NCBI GenBank assembly: GCA_013265495.1
Contig: MU057632.1
Coordinates: 666,054 to 730,053 of the forward strand
Direction of reading: 5' to 3'
From: Vicugna vicugna
Lineage: Eukaryota
Length of the DNA stretch: 64,000 bases
Position numbers and translations under genes: made by a program. A model generated the notes under the pieces. That model searched no databases. It was not told the DNA's origin and saw nothing but the letters and a program-made list of their open reading frames with translations. Below, in pieces: positions 62,419 to 64,000 of this stretch. How positions within the stretch are numbered: position 1 is the first letter of the stretch; each line of letters begins with the position of its first letter.

Positions 62419-63419
62419 TTGTAGCATGTTATTAACTTTGTTCCCCTTTTTACTTTCAAAGACATTCCAGTTTGGGTGATAAATCACATAGCCCCCATGC
62501 CTCTATAAGGAGTAGAGCAATACAAGTTAAATTAGACTAAACCTGCCTCAAAACAGTTCCAAGTGACACTTCGGAATTTCGTTCAGACTGTTGTTAAAAT
62601 TACAAGGGCTGGAAATGACAAGGAATGAAAGTCCATATTACTCACAAGTTCTGCCTGGTGGTACCGTGGTAAACAACACATCTGCCTCTCAGAACCTGGA
62701 GTATTTCTCTGGGTATCTTGCACGAGGAAACACTTGTGTGTTATGGGGGCCAGAGTAGTTGAAAAGGGACACGATGATAAGATACATTCAAATATAAAAT
62801 GGCAGGTGGTCAGCCTTTCATTACCAGCATGCAAGCTCCAAAGTGGCTATTTTCATTCCTTTGGCTGTCCTTCAGAGGGGTGGGGGTGGTAGCCCATTTA
62901 TGACACCAGAAATCCTGCCATGAGAACTTTCTCCCTCGAGTAAAATGCAGTTGCTCTCAAAGGAATAAAATGAAGTCATTCAACTTTTACCAATGCAATA
63001 TAGCAGTTAGAGATCTCTTTAATAGGACAGTTCCATGGGGTGGCTAAAATTAGGAGTGTATAGAAAATGAACTCAAGGGCCTTGGGCACTAATCTTATTG
63101 AAAACCCAGTAAGCATTATGCAGAGCATGTGAGGGGGCACTGACAGAGGAGGGAGGCTTCTCTGTGTGGAGCCGCGCCCCAGTGCAGCGGGGATAGAAGG
63201 CACAGAGAGAGGAGGCAAAGGGGGTGCCTCCACAAGTAAATAATGCACATTCAGGCAAATTTGGAAGAGTGGATGTCACCTCACAGAGCCTGTGGCTTGG
63301 TGCAGTCACCACCTTTACCTCTGCTGGTGCCTTGGGAATCCCCGCTGGCTGTGCACCTCTGTGGAGCCCAGTGCCTACAACCCCAGGGAGACCCTAGGGA
63401 GAAGCTACAGGAGTAGACA

Positions 63420-63825
63420 CTGTTGGTACCCTGCCCATGTCCCCTTGTCACTCACTGTCCCGTGTGCAGGGATGGGTTCTTACTGCAGGCATCTGCGACT
63501 CTGGCTGCATTCAGCTGGGCCCACATGGAAAAGAGGCTTAAAATTCCAGGAAGCTAATGACCTGGAACCCATCCTCAGTTGAGGACACAGGGGAGTGGCT
63601 GTAAAAAGTCCAGTTTCCTCCCCCCTCAGGGGAGATCCCTCTAAATCTTCTTCCATATTACCGAAGGAGGTCGAGCACCCATTGCCTAAGGCACTAATCT
63701 ACTACACAACCTTCTACTGACTTCCTTTTCCTGTCTCACTCCCCTGGGGTCACCTCTCAATAATCTACTTGCACTCAAACCTTGGTCTCGGGGTCTGCCT
63801 TGAGGGGAGCCCCCAACCCACACAG
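63420..63825 (+). mobile_element. ERVL LTR (LTR16-like)
   Basis: 3' end reads 'aataatctacttgcactcaaaccttggtctcggggtctgc'. Confidence 0.55.
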
Positions 63826-64000
63826 CTGCCAAAGAGAAGCTTACTTCATTTTCCAAGGCTGGAGGGCTATGTGGTTTAGCCCATATTTGGCAAATGTGGA
63901 AAATTTTTTTTCTTAGTTGATTGATTTGTATTTTATAAAAATTAGAACCAAGGAAGTTTTACTTGACATCAGCTCTGAAAGATGAGCTTTCCACTGATGG

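Noticed and set aside
1..64000. CRISPR arrays, operons or a novel prokaryote-style system
   Set aside because: The sequence is mammalian (spliced gene, L1/SINE/LTR content) and has no regularly spaced repeat-spacer arrays or long intronless ORFs.

Overview
Mammalian genomic DNA, not prokaryotic. It is most likely a camelid (alpaca/llama/camel), inferred from a recurring tRNA-derived SINE resembling the camelid Vic-1 family and from cetartiodactyl-type L1 3' ends. The minus strand carries the 3' end of RIMS1, the presynaptic active-zone scaffold RIM1. Five coding exons (36134-35996, 33888-33776, 31199-31098, 30467-30328, 28248-28030) splice with canonical GT-AG sites into one open frame encoding the C2B domain and the C-terminus ...SSTGPPCIRS*. 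A ~2.4 kb 3' UTR with several AATAAA signals follows. About 24 kb upstream (~60130-60300) lies a candidate alternative first exon. It would give a C2B-only 219-aa short isoform preceded by a splice-spanning 17-codon uORF. Positions 1-25600 are intergenic: ERV solo LTRs (including an inverted pair), a 5'-inverted L1 with a nested L1, two same-orientation CTCF motifs and a CpG-rich patch. Apart from those overlapping RIMS1 exons, the ORFs in the track look spurious or repeat-derived. I found no evidence for a novel protein-coding system. The notable items are regulatory (internal promoter/uORF, non-canonical RE1, CTCF, X-boxes) and transposon architecture. Repeat family names come from recognition by eye and their boundaries are approximate.
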